Below are positions 43,777 through 53,754 of a stretch of 64,000 nt of DNA, piece by piece. How positions within the stretch are numbered: the first letter of the stretch is position 1; each line of letters opens with the position of its first letter. The notes under the pieces are model-generated. The model was not told the DNA's origin. It did not search any database and saw only the letters and a list, made by a program, of their open reading frames with translations. The position numbers and the translations under genes are program-made. This DNA comes from Escherichia phage arall: the sequence record MN850584.1; one strand, written 5' to 3'.

Positions 43777-46041
43777 TTACATTTTACAGGCGCTACACCC
43801 CTCGTCTTCAGAATCTTCTTGAGCGAGTGAGGATGCCGATTTTGTTCTGCTATTTAGATAGTACAAAGACTTACCACCAAGTTTTGCAAACTGAAGAATA
43901 TATTGCATTTCTGATTTAATGGATAAACGACCACCTTCCATCTTAGAATAGTCAATCCACTTATCACATGATGCACCTTGATCTAAGAATTTAGTCAACA
44001 GTCCATATGCTTCAGCCATATCTTTATCTGGTGTATCCCAAGCCGATTGGTAAATATCTTTTAGTTTATCGTAGTCTGGCACAATAAACAGAACATTACC
44101 CTTTTGGCTTTGTTTATAAACTATAGTATCACGTACAGGATACACAGAGTTAGTCGTATTACTTACAAGACTACTGGACTCATTCGGAGCAATAGCTGCT
44201 AATACACTATTTCGGATACCACCTTGTGCAATTATATCTTGTCGTAAACCTTCCCAATCCATTTTAAGTTTAAAATTGCCAATATCGTCTACAGCTTTAG
44301 CGTAGGTATCAATAGGCAACCATCCTTCAGGCCATTTGGTTTTATGCATCCATTCTGCATTACCTTTCTCTTTTGCCAAACGAAGAGAAGCTCTTGCTAA
44401 CCAATAATAATGTCTTTCTGCTAATTCGTGAATTAGTTTTTTGCCGTAAGGATCTGAATAAGTAACAAAATTACTTGCCAGATAATGTGCAAGGTTTGTA
44501 ATACCTACACCGATAGACCTACGTGCTTTAGCAGTGATTTCGTTATGTTTAAACGGATACTTCATTGTTTCAATAACATTATCAATAGTCAGAACGGTAT
44601 AATATGCAACATCTTCATATTCTTCTGGTGTAACACGACCAGCTACAATAGAAGACAGGAAGCATAATGCCAATTCTTGATCTTCTGTATTCTCACCTGT
44701 GAAAAGATCAGTCATATTGTGAAATGCTTTCGTAGGTAAGAAAATTTCTTGGCACAAGTTTGACTGGTAAATAACATCCTTAAACGGAGTATGCTTATTA
44801 GCATTATCCGCAAAGAACATATAAATACGTCCTGTCTCTGCTCTTTGTGTAATAATTTCTGCCAGAAGATCTCGTGCTTTTACAAACTTCTTCTTAATTC
44901 GTTTGCGACTAACTTTTTCATATACTTCTTCAAACTCTTCCTCGCTTTTATAAAGCGCCTCATAGAGTTCTGGTGCTTCGTCATAACTGACTAGCATCCA
45001 ATCTTTACCTTTTGCTGCACGGCGCAGGAAAGCATTGTTTACTACAATAGAGTAATCAAGTTTATCTACTCGTTTTTCACTAACAGTAGTTGGATTTTTC
45101 AAACGTACCAGATCTTCAAAATCAGGTTCTAGTATTGTAAACGTTACTGTTGCACTTCCACCACGACTTGCTTGTTTTGATGCTCCAACACTTGTCTCCA
45201 TCCATTTCAGATATGGTAAAAGACCACCGTGAACGATACGGTTGTTCTTAACACCTTGTCCTGTGGCACGGGTTTGAAGGTTAACACCAATACCTGCATT
45301 ATTCAATGTATATTCATGCGCAAGATAGTTAGCAATTGCTAAAGATTCTGCTGTATCGTCTGCTCTAAACAGACAACAAGAAGCACTACCTTTAATCTTA
45401 GTACGCAAAGTTGTTAAATAAGGCGATGGTAAATTAATCTTAAGATCACTTACGTAGGTATATAGACGTTTAATGTCTTCTACTCTGCGATCTTTTGGTT
45501 GAATTTCCATTACCTTCATTGCTACACCAATGAATAAAAACTGTGGTGATTCAAAAACAACATCATTGATCGCATCTTTCACAAGATACTTATCAACCAT
45601 CTGGCGCAGTACGGAATAACCATAAGTTAGGTTTTTATCGTGATTGACAATTTTACCAATCTCAATAATTTCTTCTTCTGTATAATCCATTTTTCCCCAA
45701 TAGCCTTTACTTACAGACATATTGTAGAAATCCAGGAGGGAGGGGATATTGTGATATCCCCCATGAGCCTGTTTATAAATCATACCAAGAAGTAACCGAC
45801 CTGCCATATCACTATATGCCTGATCTTTCTTATCAATACATGCTGCTATCATAGCTTTATGTAAATCACGAGTAGGCACACCGTCGTAACAACGTTTAAC
45901 AGCTTCGAGTTCAATTTCAGACCAATTTAATTTACCAGCAGCAAACTCTGACCATTTACGAAGTTTTTCTGGATTAAATTCTTCTTTCTTGCCGTTTGTT
46001 TTTGTTACATAACGGATAGATTTGCTTAGATACTGAGTCAC
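43777..46041 (-). CDS. nrdA: Ribonucleotide reductase class Ia alpha subunit
   Basis: N-terminal ATP-cone-like region; SNLCQEIFLPT, C-terminal EGCSACKM tail; co-linear with recalled E. coli NrdA. Confidence 0.93.
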   Translation of the reverse strand: MTQYLSKSIRYVTKTNGKKEEFNPEKLRKWSEFAAGKLNWSEIELEAVKRCYDGVPTRDLHKAMIAACIDKKDQAYSDMAGRLLLGMIYKQAHGGYHNIPSLLDFYNMSVSKGYWGKMDYTEEEIIEIGKIVNHDKNLTYGYSVLRQMVDKYLVKDAINDVVFESPQFLFIGVAMKVMEIQPKDRRVEDIKRLYTYVSDLKINLPSPYLTTLRTKIKGSASCCLFRADDTAESLAIANYLAHEYTLNNAGIGVNLQTRATGQGVKNNRIVHGGLLPYLKWMETSVGASKQASRGGSATVTFTILEPDFEDLVRLKNPTTVSEKRVDKLDYSIVVNNAFLRRAAKGKDWMLVSYDEAPELYEALYKSEEEFEEVYEKVSRKRIKKKFVKARDLLAEIITQRAETGRIYMFFADNANKHTPFKDVIYQSNLCQEIFLPTKAFHNMTDLFTGENTEDQELALCFLSSIVAGRVTPEEYEDVAYYTVLTIDNVIETMKYPFKHNEITAKARRSIGVGITNLAHYLASNFVTYSDPYGKKLIHELAERHYYWLARASLRLAKEKGNAEWMHKTKWPEGWLPIDTYAKAVDDIGNFKLKMDWEGLRQDIIAQGGIRNSVLAAIAPNESSSLVSNTTNSVYPVRDTIVYKQSQKGNVLFIVPDYDKLKDIYQSAWDTPDKDMAEAYGLLTKFLDQGASCDKWIDYSKMEGGRLSIKSEMQYILQFAKLGGKSLYYLNSRTKSASSLAQEDSEDEGCSACKM

Positions 46042-46052
46042 TTCCTCTCCTA

Positions 46053-46313
46053 TTAATTATGCATATTTAGAACATCTACATCATAACCGCCACGCATCTC
46101 ATTATATAAGCCATTTGCGTATAGAAAACCTTCAAAATGATCTATACCTTCAAAACCTTTTGCCTTTGCTTTGCGGTCTGCTTCTTGTCTTTTTGGGGAT
46201 AATCTTTTAGATGTATCAAGGATAACTGTTACATTGCAACCTAATGTTTCATCAAAATAGACTTCAATTTCACAGCCTTCATATTTATTACTTTCTGTCA
46301 TTTGGCCTCTCAA
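46053..46313 (-). CDS. Hypothetical protein (86 aa)
   Basis: ORF. Confidence 0.5.
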   Translation of the reverse strand: MRGQMTESNKYEGCEIEVYFDETLGCNVTVILDTSKRLSPKRQEADRKAKAKGFEGIDHFEGFLYANGLYNEMRGGYDVDVLNMHN

Positions 46314-46724
46314 TTAGAATTCAGAATCATCATCTCGTGATGGATCATGTTCATTTCCGAAGTCTTCCATTTTGATATGAGAGCTACCCCAACCTGTAAA
46401 ATCTTCTTCTCCAAAGTGCAAAATATCTACACCTTGATAGATTCGCTTATATTTATAGTCTTGTCGAACTGGGAAAGTATACAATGTAGTATTTGCAAAC
46501 ACCACACGTCGATTGTTGTTACTACGAATATTAACACCACGTTCTACTGTATAATGTCCATCGGTAGACATACCAAGCATTACTAATGCTGCTCGCAATG
46601 TAGTGTTATGATACTCGTGAGGAATTTTTCCTCCGTGTTTTTTAGCCATTTCTTTCCAGATCGGTGTAGCCTTAATGGTAGACATACTTACGGTCGCCCA
46701 AACGGTTGTATTAATTAGTGACAT
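46314..46724 (-). CDS. Hypothetical protein (136 aa)
   Basis: ORF. Confidence 0.5.
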   Translation of the reverse strand: MSLINTTVWATVSMSTIKATPIWKEMAKKHGGKIPHEYHNTTLRAALVMLGMSTDGHYTVERGVNIRSNNNRRVVFANTTLYTFPVRQDYKYKRIYQGVDILHFGEEDFTGWGSSHIKMEDFGNEHDPSRDDDSEF

Positions 46725-46822
46725 AAATTCTCCTTCTCTCTTTTTAAGGAGAGCTACGCTCTCCTAACGTTAGCCTATACTACACGAATCTCAATTAAAA
46801 GTCAACTATAATTTTAAGTTGA

Positions 46823-47794
46823 TCACCATTTTGTATGGTTAGTCAAAAGTTGACGATGTTGAATCCAAGCGCAGAAGTTTCCACTCCACAAACGATGTTT
46901 ACGATCCATATGTGTAATACCTTCTTCCCAAGAAGTAGGGAACGGAGGAATATTAATACCACCTTTCTGTTGTTTTAATCCTGACAAATCCATTTCTTTC
47001 ATTGGCGTTGCCTGGTGTTCAAACGGAGATGCATGTACCTTTTGTCCAGACAGCAAACGAGAATAGATATCCAATGCTTTATCTTTAGTATCATTCAACT
47101 TACGATAACTTACCTGAGCGCAACAAGAAGCTGAAATAGCTTTTGCTTCCTCTTCTGTCAACATTTTCTCGTTGGAGAAGGTTTCACCCAAGAAATAACG
47201 GATCATACCAGTTTCTGGATCTCGATCACGATTAACGTAAGGTGTATGCCATTCCCCTGGGAAAAGAAGATATGGTTCAGAAGATTCATACAGTTTTTTA
47301 ATTTCTTTAGCAAGAGCCTCAATAGTAGGATCTGCATCAGCATCTACACGCAACCACAAGAAGTTTTCTAGCTCTGTAGTGGTTACTACAGTCTTCATAC
47401 GCTGGAATGGTTCTAGTAGGCGGTTTGCAACCTGTTTATGATAACCAGCAAGGGCAAACTCTTCTGCAAAACGTGCAGCACTTAGTGCAGCCAAGTCCCA
47501 CCATTCTTTTGCAGTGTAACCTGCATCAATCAGGGCATCGTGATCTGTGCCTTTATCTTGCATACCTGGTTGGTTAGCACCAAAACGATAAGGACGTGCT
47601 GGAGATTGCCGTACCATTTCAATTAGAGTTTTAACAGGGATAGCTCGACTTGATGCAGCATTACGAGAAAACAAACGATGCGTCATCAATTCAGAGTGAA
47701 TGATTCGAGGATATTCAAGTTCAAAGGTAACAATATCCTTACCTTCAGATGTTTGAGAGTGTGCAATAATTTTTGCTGAAATAGAATCTGTCAT
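46823..47794 (-). CDS. thyX: Flavin-dependent thymidylate synthase
   Basis: ThyX signature region MTHRLFSRNAASSRAIP (RHRxxxxxS). Confidence 0.82.
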   Translation of the reverse strand: MTDSISAKIIAHSQTSEGKDIVTFELEYPRIIHSELMTHRLFSRNAASSRAIPVKTLIEMVRQSPARPYRFGANQPGMQDKGTDHDALIDAGYTAKEWWDLAALSAARFAEEFALAGYHKQVANRLLEPFQRMKTVVTTTELENFLWLRVDADADPTIEALAKEIKKLYESSEPYLLFPGEWHTPYVNRDRDPETGMIRYFLGETFSNEKMLTEEEAKAISASCCAQVSYRKLNDTKDKALDIYSRLLSGQKVHASPFEHQATPMKEMDLSGLKQQKGGINIPPFPTSWEEGITHMDRKHRLWSGNFCAWIQHRQLLTNHTKW

Positions 47795-47803
47795 TATTTC
47801 TCC

Positions 47804-48394
47804 TTAAGGTAGTAAAATACTTTCAATTTCTTCCCACTGATTATCTAAACCAGTGATAATTACATTAGGAAGTTTCTTTAACTCTTCCAAGTACGGATCT
47901 TCATAAATAGTGTTGAAATATATTTTCAACGTTTCATCTGGGAATAGGACAAGATTTTCAGCCCTATCATCAATAGTTACGTCGCAAGGCAATAAGTATT
48001 TTTCTTTTGTTGCGAAAAAACCATTACCAGATGTTCTACTAAAATCCACTTTATCTAAAGATCGTGTTACGTGTCTATATTTAGAACTAAGGTGTCCACC
48101 CTTAGTGTGGCTTGCTATAGATATATTAGCTCCATTTGCAATTATACGATGAACAACATCTGTACTATTAGGTACTACTCCCATAGTATCATATAGATGT
48201 TGGTTATCCCAAAAAGAGTAAGGATCTACACCAAATTGCTTTTTAAAATCAGGAAAATATTTCGTAATATCATAATGCACAGTCTTTTGTGTCTTATCAA
48301 ACTTGATATTAGATCTACTTACCGCATTTAACCAACTCAACCATTCTATATCGGCAGGAGCTATTACTAAATCCCAATCACATACTAGACGCAT
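47804..48394 (-). CDS. Putative HAD-family 5'(3')-deoxyribonucleotidase
   Basis: Start at MRLVCDWDLV (HAD motif I DxD near N-terminus, RBS AGGAG); C-terminal TIDDRAEN; motif recall only. Confidence 0.45.
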   Translation of the reverse strand: MRLVCDWDLVIAPADIEWLSWLNAVSRSNIKFDKTQKTVHYDITKYFPDFKKQFGVDPYSFWDNQHLYDTMGVVPNSTDVVHRIIANGANISIASHTKGGHLSSKYRHVTRSLDKVDFSRTSGNGFFATKEKYLLPCDVTIDDRAENLVLFPDETLKIYFNTIYEDPYLEELKKLPNVIITGLDNQWEEIESILLP

Positions 48395-48941
48395 TATTTC
48401 TCCTGTTATAACATTTTCTACACATTGTTTCGTAAATGTCTTCTCCTCCAATAACAATCTGTTCTTTAGAGTCGATAAGTCTAGCATTGAAAATAGCTTT
48501 TCTTCCACATTTACAAATGCTTTTCAATTCTGTAATTGAATCTGCTATGGCTAATAACCGTTCAGAACCTTCAAACAATTCTGTAGCAAAATCTGTTTTA
48601 AGTCCATAGCAGAATACAGGAATATCGTAATTATCTACCACATCTCCAAGAATGTCAACCATATCTTTAGTTAGGAATTGTGATTCGTCCACAAATACTG
48701 CATCTACTGGATTTTCTTTAAGCTGTGTATAAATTTCCAGCATATCTTCTTTTGTTTTAACTGGTTTTGCTTCCTCTTTAATACCTATCCTAGAAGCAAT
48801 AGCACAACCAGATCTGGTATCTAAAGCTGAAGTTAAAAGAAGAACTTTCATATTTCTTTCTTTATAGTTCCAAGCTGTTTGTAGCAGATGTGTGCTTTTA
48901 CCACTGTTCATTGGACTATATCGGAAATAAAGTTTAGCCAT
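48378..48941 (-). CDS. tdk: Thymidine kinase
   Basis: P-loop SPMNSGKST, C-terminal Zn-ribbon CKCGRKA; typical Tdk size. Confidence 0.85.
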   Translation of the reverse strand: MAKLYFRYSPMNSGKSTHLLQTAWNYKERNMKVLLLTSALDTRSGCAIASRIGIKEEAKPVKTKEDMLEIYTQLKENPVDAVFVDESQFLTKDMVDILGDVVDNYDIPVFCYGLKTDFATELFEGSERLLAIADSITELKSICKCGRKAIFNARLIDSKEQIVIGGEDIYETMCRKCYNRRNNASSM

Positions 48942-48983
48942 ATTTTCTCCTCTAACGCTCCCATTTGTGGGAGCGATAATACT

Positions 48984-49562
48984 TTATTTTTTCTCTTCGT
49001 CAAGAAGAATTTTTACTATTTGTTTTCTTCGCTTACTTACTGTACTTTCTGGTGAAATTCCGCGCTTCGTTAGCCAATTTTTATCCTTTTTAGACTGGCA
49101 TAAAGCTATCGCTTCTTTCTCCGCTTTTGCTTCCCTGAATGTCATATCGTGCTTGTCAGCATAAGCCAGGATAGCGTTACACTGCTTACAAACTACACGC
49201 AGGTCGTCTTCTGTTACGTACAATAGGCGTGAAACAAAACTTGGGATATCTTCATAACAGGTTAATGTACCTGCTGCATTAATATGGTCTACTTGAAAGT
49301 CTTTCATACCTCCTGTATGTCCACACAATTCACATTTACAATTCCAAACCTGTTTCGGTTTGCCTGTTTTCTTATCTAAAACTATATTTCCATCTTTATC
49401 CAACCTATCCGCTTTAAATCGTACAGATTGGATCTTTTTTATCTTATTCGGGTGTCTCACCCATGCTTTCCTTAAGCAACCCCTTAAATATGTATAAAAG
49501 GCTGCTTGAGTTTTCCAAGGTGTTCCATCTCCCCAAATAACTTTAGGTTCTTTATTTTCCAA
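48984..49562 (-). CDS. HNH endonuclease
   Basis: CELCGH...QVDHINAAG...CKQCN HNH motif. Confidence 0.7.
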   Translation of the reverse strand: MENKEPKVIWGDGTPWKTQAAFYTYLRGCLRKAWVRHPNKIKKIQSVRFKADRLDKDGNIVLDKKTGKPKQVWNCKCELCGHTGGMKDFQVDHINAAGTLTCYEDIPSFVSRLLYVTEDDLRVVCKQCNAILAYADKHDMTFREAKAEKEAIALCQSKKDKNWLTKRGISPESTVSKRRKQIVKILLDEEKK

Positions 49563-49746
49563 TAGTGCTCACCTTTTTAGCTACATAATCTCCAGGTGGA
49601 ATGTTATATTTAAAGAAAAGCATACGGTCTAAACCAGCTTTACACATGTTTTCTGGGATTGTGATTGTATATAGGAGTTTATCTCCACGTTTATTGTATA
49701 TTTTATATACTTCACCCTCTCCGTATTGTTTACCGTGAGAAGCCAT
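49552..49746 (-). CDS. Hypothetical protein (64 aa)
   Basis: ORF. Confidence 0.45.
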   Translation of the reverse strand: MASHGKQYGEGEVYKIYNKRGDKLLYTITIPENMCKAGLDRMLFFKYNIPPGDYVAKKVSTIGK

Positions 49747-50131
49747 CTACGCTCTCCTTCAATGTTTCAATAGCATCTGCTGCTTCAATATACTTACCTT
49801 TGTACATTGCTTTTAAAGCCTTACGAACAAGATCATCGTCTGTGTATAAATCAATTAGCTGATTAGCTAACTCAATTTTTACAGGATTTTTTAAGTTAGG
49901 GTAGGCTTCATACAACATATTGTAATACTTATCACTTAATTCTTTTTCAATATGAATAACGTGAATCGCTTTGTTTAGGTTGATCACACGATCACCTTTG
50001 TTTCGACAAGCATACTTAGCTAACTTAGTGAAACAAGGAGTTGCACCAATTAGATATGCAAGTTCCAAAGGTTGCATACGCATACGTTTGTAGTGATCAC
50101 CATCAATTTGAATATCCAGTGCTGTAGTCAT
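49730..50131 (-). CDS. Hypothetical protein (133 aa)
   Basis: ORF. Confidence 0.5.
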   Translation of the reverse strand: MTTALDIQIDGDHYKRMRMQPLELAYLIGATPCFTKLAKYACRNKGDRVINLNKAIHVIHIEKELSDKYYNMLYEAYPNLKNPVKIELANQLIDLYTDDDLVRKALKAMYKGKYIEAADAIETLKESVDGFSR

Positions 50132-50146
50132 AAATCCTCCAAAAAT

Positions 50147-50170
50147 AAAGGGGCTTTCGCCCCTTTTTAT
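50147..50170. terminator. Hairpin AAAGGGGC-TTTC-GCCCCTTTTT (copy 3 of 3), bidirectional-type
   Basis: GC stem flanked by T/A runs on both strands. Confidence 0.6.
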
Positions 50171-51132
50171 TAAATTCCAATAACAGTGTTTACACGCTTC
50201 TCTTTGCTACGCAAATTAACACGTCCACGAGACAGGCTATTACATGATGTGCATCTTAGCACTTGGAATGTACTAACCGCTGTTGTGTAAACCTTACCAG
50301 GAACAACTTCAAGGTGCTCTTTACCGCAACGAGGACAACGAAGTTTTTCATCGTCATAGAATGCAGATACGTTAGGATGTTGTGGAATCCATGCACGAAG
50401 TTTGATGTAAAGATCTCTAAGAGAAACAACATCACCATCATTGTATGTTTGCATACGGAAGAAGGCATGTCTATCTCCTTCACAACATGCTTTCCACAAA
50501 GGAAAACCTTCATTATCAAGTTTAAAGTTTTCTGTATCAAAATACAAACACATTTCTTTAAGCGCATTAGAAGGTAGTGCAAACTGCTTCTTAGCTGCCT
50601 TGAGTGTATCAATTACAACATAATGTGATGGTGGCTCCATACCGTGAAAAGCAAAACGTTGGTTAATATAAGCCTTATCAAACTTAATACCATTGTGCGC
50701 GATCACAATATCTGCATCGTCAAGTAAGTGCCAGAGATCTTGACATAATTCCCAATCATCTGTATGATCTATGTCAAACAAAGGGTAATTGCTAAGGTTC
50801 TTACCTTCTACTTCCCCTGTTTCTAAATCAGCAGATGAATAGGAAAGCAAGTAACCTCGACGAATAACTTGTTCAGGTGCAATAAAGGCTTTGAAACGTG
50901 AGAAGCTATACACAATCTCCGGTGCTGTCTCTACGTCAATAATTTTAATTACTGGCCCACCTTTATCTTGCGGAGCACCGCGATGTGGTGAATTTACACG
51001 AGCTAAGTAATCATTTACTGTGCTCTTCTTAGTAGAACTTCCCAACACCTCTTGTGCAATCTTACGCGAAGAATAACCTTGTGCTTTCATAGATACAATC
51101 AAGGCTTTCTGTTCGTCTGTTAATTTACTCAA
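50170..51132 (-). CDS. DEDD-type 3'-5' exonuclease with N-terminal HTH and C-terminal Zn-ribbon
   Basis: IIDVETAP (Exo I), IAHNGIKFD (Exo II), CPRCG...CTSCN. Confidence 0.6.
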   Translation of the reverse strand: MSKLTDEQKALIVSMKAQGYSSRKIAQEVLGSSTKKSTVNDYLARVNSPHRGAPQDKGGPVIKIIDVETAPEIVYSFSRFKAFIAPEQVIRRGYLLSYSSADLETGEVEGKNLSNYPLFDIDHTDDWELCQDLWHLLDDADIVIAHNGIKFDKAYINQRFAFHGMEPPSHYVVIDTLKAAKKQFALPSNALKEMCLYFDTENFKLDNEGFPLWKACCEGDRHAFFRMQTYNDGDVVSLRDLYIKLRAWIPQHPNVSAFYDDEKLRCPRCGKEHLEVVPGKVYTTAVSTFQVLRCTSCNSLSRGRVNLRSKEKRVNTVIGI

Positions 51133-52163
51133 TGTTCCTCCTGCTCTGAAATATATGCTTGTAGCATACTTTCAAAAGTTGTTTCATCATTCGCCCAACG
51201 TTTCATATATACCAACTGAAAAATTGTCTCTATCCATTCGTCAGTTGTCATCTCTACTTCTTCACCATCCCAAGAAGTAAATTTAACGCCATCTGGGAAC
51301 CATTCATAATACTGATCTTTAACTGTCTGAAAAAGTTCAGCCTGTGTTTTACATTTGGAAATAAGATTAAAGCAAGTAATATCTCCAAACTTAACATCGA
51401 AATCTTGGTAAGGTCGAATACTATCTGTCTTATCGCCCATTAGCATTTGATAAGCTAACCAGTAACTACCCCAACCCTTAACTTCTTTTTTCTTACCTTT
51501 TTCTACGATCCAGATATCACCAATAGATTCATCAATCAGAATAACACAAGGATTTTTATAAACACCATCCTCTTTATAAAAGTTAAAGAGTAAACTTGGT
51601 GTGTGTAAGCTATCTTTGTCGATAGATGCTACAATATGAGAAAACTTACCAGTTTCCTTGTAGGCTTTATACCCTGCATATCCATAGATTTCTAAAGCAT
51701 CATCTGCCTCAATACCAGTAACAACGTCACCGTTATGTTTTTCAACTAGATAATCTTTAGTATCTGATAATTGGATTGGTCTTAAATCTGATCGCTCTGA
51801 TTTATATTCTTTTGGCATTTTGAAAGAATGCCGGAAGGTTTTTCCTACCCCGATGACACCGCAATACTTTTGAAGTTTTAGGTGATCCACCATCTGGGTT
51901 ATTTTTGTCTTTGCAGCTTGAAACGTAAAAGAAATATTCTCTGGGACTATTTGAACATCTTTTATTTCAAAATCTTCTTTGGAGAACAACTTCTTACCAG
52001 CAGCTTCGCGTTGCGCGTTAAGTGCTCCTAACCATCCTCCAATATTTTTTGAAGATTTACCCCAAAAATCTGTTCTTGTTTCAAACTCTTTTACATTACC
52101 GGAAGCCTTGTGTACAGCGTGGATTTTTCTTTGTTCTAAAGCTGAAGACGCTTGGAACGCCAC
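51129..52163 (-). CDS. FEN-type 5'-3' exonuclease/flap endonuclease
   Basis: GIEADDALEIYGY (GxEADD), LMGDKTDSIRP (H3TH-like). Confidence 0.65.
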   Translation of the reverse strand: MAFQASSALEQRKIHAVHKASGNVKEFETRTDFWGKSSKNIGGWLGALNAQREAAGKKLFSKEDFEIKDVQIVPENISFTFQAAKTKITQMVDHLKLQKYCGVIGVGKTFRHSFKMPKEYKSERSDLRPIQLSDTKDYLVEKHNGDVVTGIEADDALEIYGYAGYKAYKETGKFSHIVASIDKDSLHTPSLLFNFYKEDGVYKNPCVILIDESIGDIWIVEKGKKKEVKGWGSYWLAYQMLMGDKTDSIRPYQDFDVKFGDITCFNLISKCKTQAELFQTVKDQYYEWFPDGVKFTSWDGEEVEMTTDEWIETIFQLVYMKRWANDETTFESMLQAYISEQEEH

Positions 52164-52255
52164 TTGATCGTAGTCTATTGCAAGAATTGTGTTCTCGTCA
52201 ACATATTTGTGCAGGTCTTCCGGTTGGATTAAAATGTAACCGCTAATATTACCTC

Positions 52256-52468
52256 CTATTCATCATCTGAACTCTCTGTTGAGAATGTTCGTGTGTAGGG
52301 ACACTGACGACTTGCAGAAACCTCTATAACCTTGTCGTACATACCGTTAGAGTAAAAACAGTATTTTGTACTTCCAGAAACTTGTTCTCCAGAATTAATT
52401 AAAGTTATTTGACCAGCATAAGAATAAGAACTGATTACTAAAAGTAAACCGACAAGAAGTTTTTTCAT
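52256..52468 (-). CDS. Small secreted protein (signal peptide MKKLLVGLLLVISSYSYA)
   Basis: n-h-c signal peptide, 70 aa. Confidence 0.55.
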   Translation of the reverse strand: MKKLLVGLLLVISSYSYAGQITLINSGEQVSGSTKYCFYSNGMYDKVIEVSASRQCPYTRTFSTESSDDE

Positions 52469-52543
52469 TGGTGTGTCTCCTTAAAAGCCCACCTAACTAA
52501 GTAGGTAGGCATATTAACACATATTAAATTAGTAAGTCAAGTA

Positions 52544-53428
52544 TTATTTTTGAATAGTTGACTTAATAAGGTCTTGCATAATACCACGGATTTCATTAAA
52601 GCACAGAAGGACAGATGCTTCAAAAGATCCTTCTTCATCGTTAAAGTATTTAGGGAATTTAATACCACTCAACTTAAATTCTTTATCAACAATAAAGTTA
52701 ACGAAACCGTCATATTCCAGGCCAATGGCAACAACGTGCTTACCATCTTCCATAAGTTCTACTGCACGAGATTCATAAAGGGATTCTTTACTCCATACAA
52801 CCACACCTTCAGAATCTTCAAGTTTAATATAATTACCAAGGGTCAGTCGTTCAGCCTCATGTTCTTCTAAGATGGTATCAAAACCTTTAATAATGGCTTC
52901 TTCGTGTACACTAAACGGCAGAACTGGGAAAGTACCCAACACCTCACGAAGAAACACAGCAATATCTTCACTAATTTTCTTAGTACCATTAAGAACGTAG
53001 GTAATACTGTTCTCAGTGTCTACAACAACATAGTTATAGAAATCATCTGCCTCTGTTTCTGGGAGCAGAGAAAACACGATATCAGCCTCAATTGCTTTTT
53101 TACTTTCTTTATCCAAGAAGAATTCTTTAGTAGGATTTGCAGCAATAAACTCTTGTTCCATCTCTTGGAGTTTTTCATTAAGAATGCGTTTAACTTTTTT
53201 CTTGTTAACTTTCTTAACAGATTGCCCTACTTTAATAACCTCTAAACCAGAGAACACTTTTACATAGGAACCATCATCTTCAAAACGAACAAGACCAATG
53301 GTATGTGCTTGTTGACCCTGTGCCACAACAAAATCCAGCGGTTTGTCTGTTACTGTGTTCAGTGCGGAAATAGACAGACCATCACCAGAAATCAGGGTTA
53401 CGCAAGATTTGAAATTTTTAGCAAACAT
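52544..53428 (-). CDS. RdgC-like recombination-associated protein
   Basis: LGTFPVLPFS vs recalled RdgC LGSLPVVPLS, SLLP block, C-terminal similarity; ~300 aa. Confidence 0.5.
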   Translation of the reverse strand: MFAKNFKSCVTLISGDGLSISALNTVTDKPLDFVVAQGQQAHTIGLVRFEDDGSYVKVFSGLEVIKVGQSVKKVNKKKVKRILNEKLQEMEQEFIAANPTKEFFLDKESKKAIEADIVFSLLPETEADDFYNYVVVDTENSITYVLNGTKKISEDIAVFLREVLGTFPVLPFSVHEEAIIKGFDTILEEHEAERLTLGNYIKLEDSEGVVVWSKESLYESRAVELMEDGKHVVAIGLEYDGFVNFIVDKEFKLSGIKFPKYFNDEEGSFEASVLLCFNEIRGIMQDLIKSTIQK

Positions 53429-53438
53429 AGTTTTCTCC

Positions 53439-53717
53439 TCAAATAATAACTACAAAATATTTTACACCATCATATTCGACAATATGATCAGGATATTTAA
53501 ATCCTTTATAAGATTTACCAAACAGACTAACAGCCTCATTAGCTTTGTTTTGCGGATTACTCAGCCACTGTTCTTCTGTGTAAAACTTAAACTCTGTTCT
53601 CTTACCTTCTTTTTCTAAACCAACAATTTCCTGTGTGATATCTTCAATACCTGCATTCTTCAAGGATTTGATTACCTGACGCAAACCGTGTTTAAAGATA
53701 TCTTCTGCTGTTAACAT
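53439..53717 (-). CDS. Hypothetical protein (92 aa)
   Basis: ORF. Confidence 0.5.
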   Translation of the reverse strand: MLTAEDIFKHGLRQVIKSLKNAGIEDITQEIVGLEKEGKRTEFKFYTEEQWLSNPQNKANEAVSLFGKSYKGFKYPDHIVEYDGVKYFVVII

Positions 53718-53730
53718 AATACCTCCAATA

Positions 53731-53754
53731 AGCCCCCGAAGGGGCTTTATTTCT
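53731..53754. terminator. Hairpin AGCCCC-CGAA-GGGGCT + TTATTTCTT
   Basis: GC stem; T-run is on + strand though flanking genes are on -. Confidence 0.45.

Noticed and set aside
44485-44994. Plus-strand small ORFs inside nrdA
   Set aside because: They are antisense to a strongly supported nrdA reading frame.
53731-53754. Hairpin as the terminator of the minus-strand gene 53754..54476
   Set aside because: The T-run lies on the plus strand. On the minus strand the stem is followed by a poor U-tract, so it is kept only as a possible structural or insulating element.
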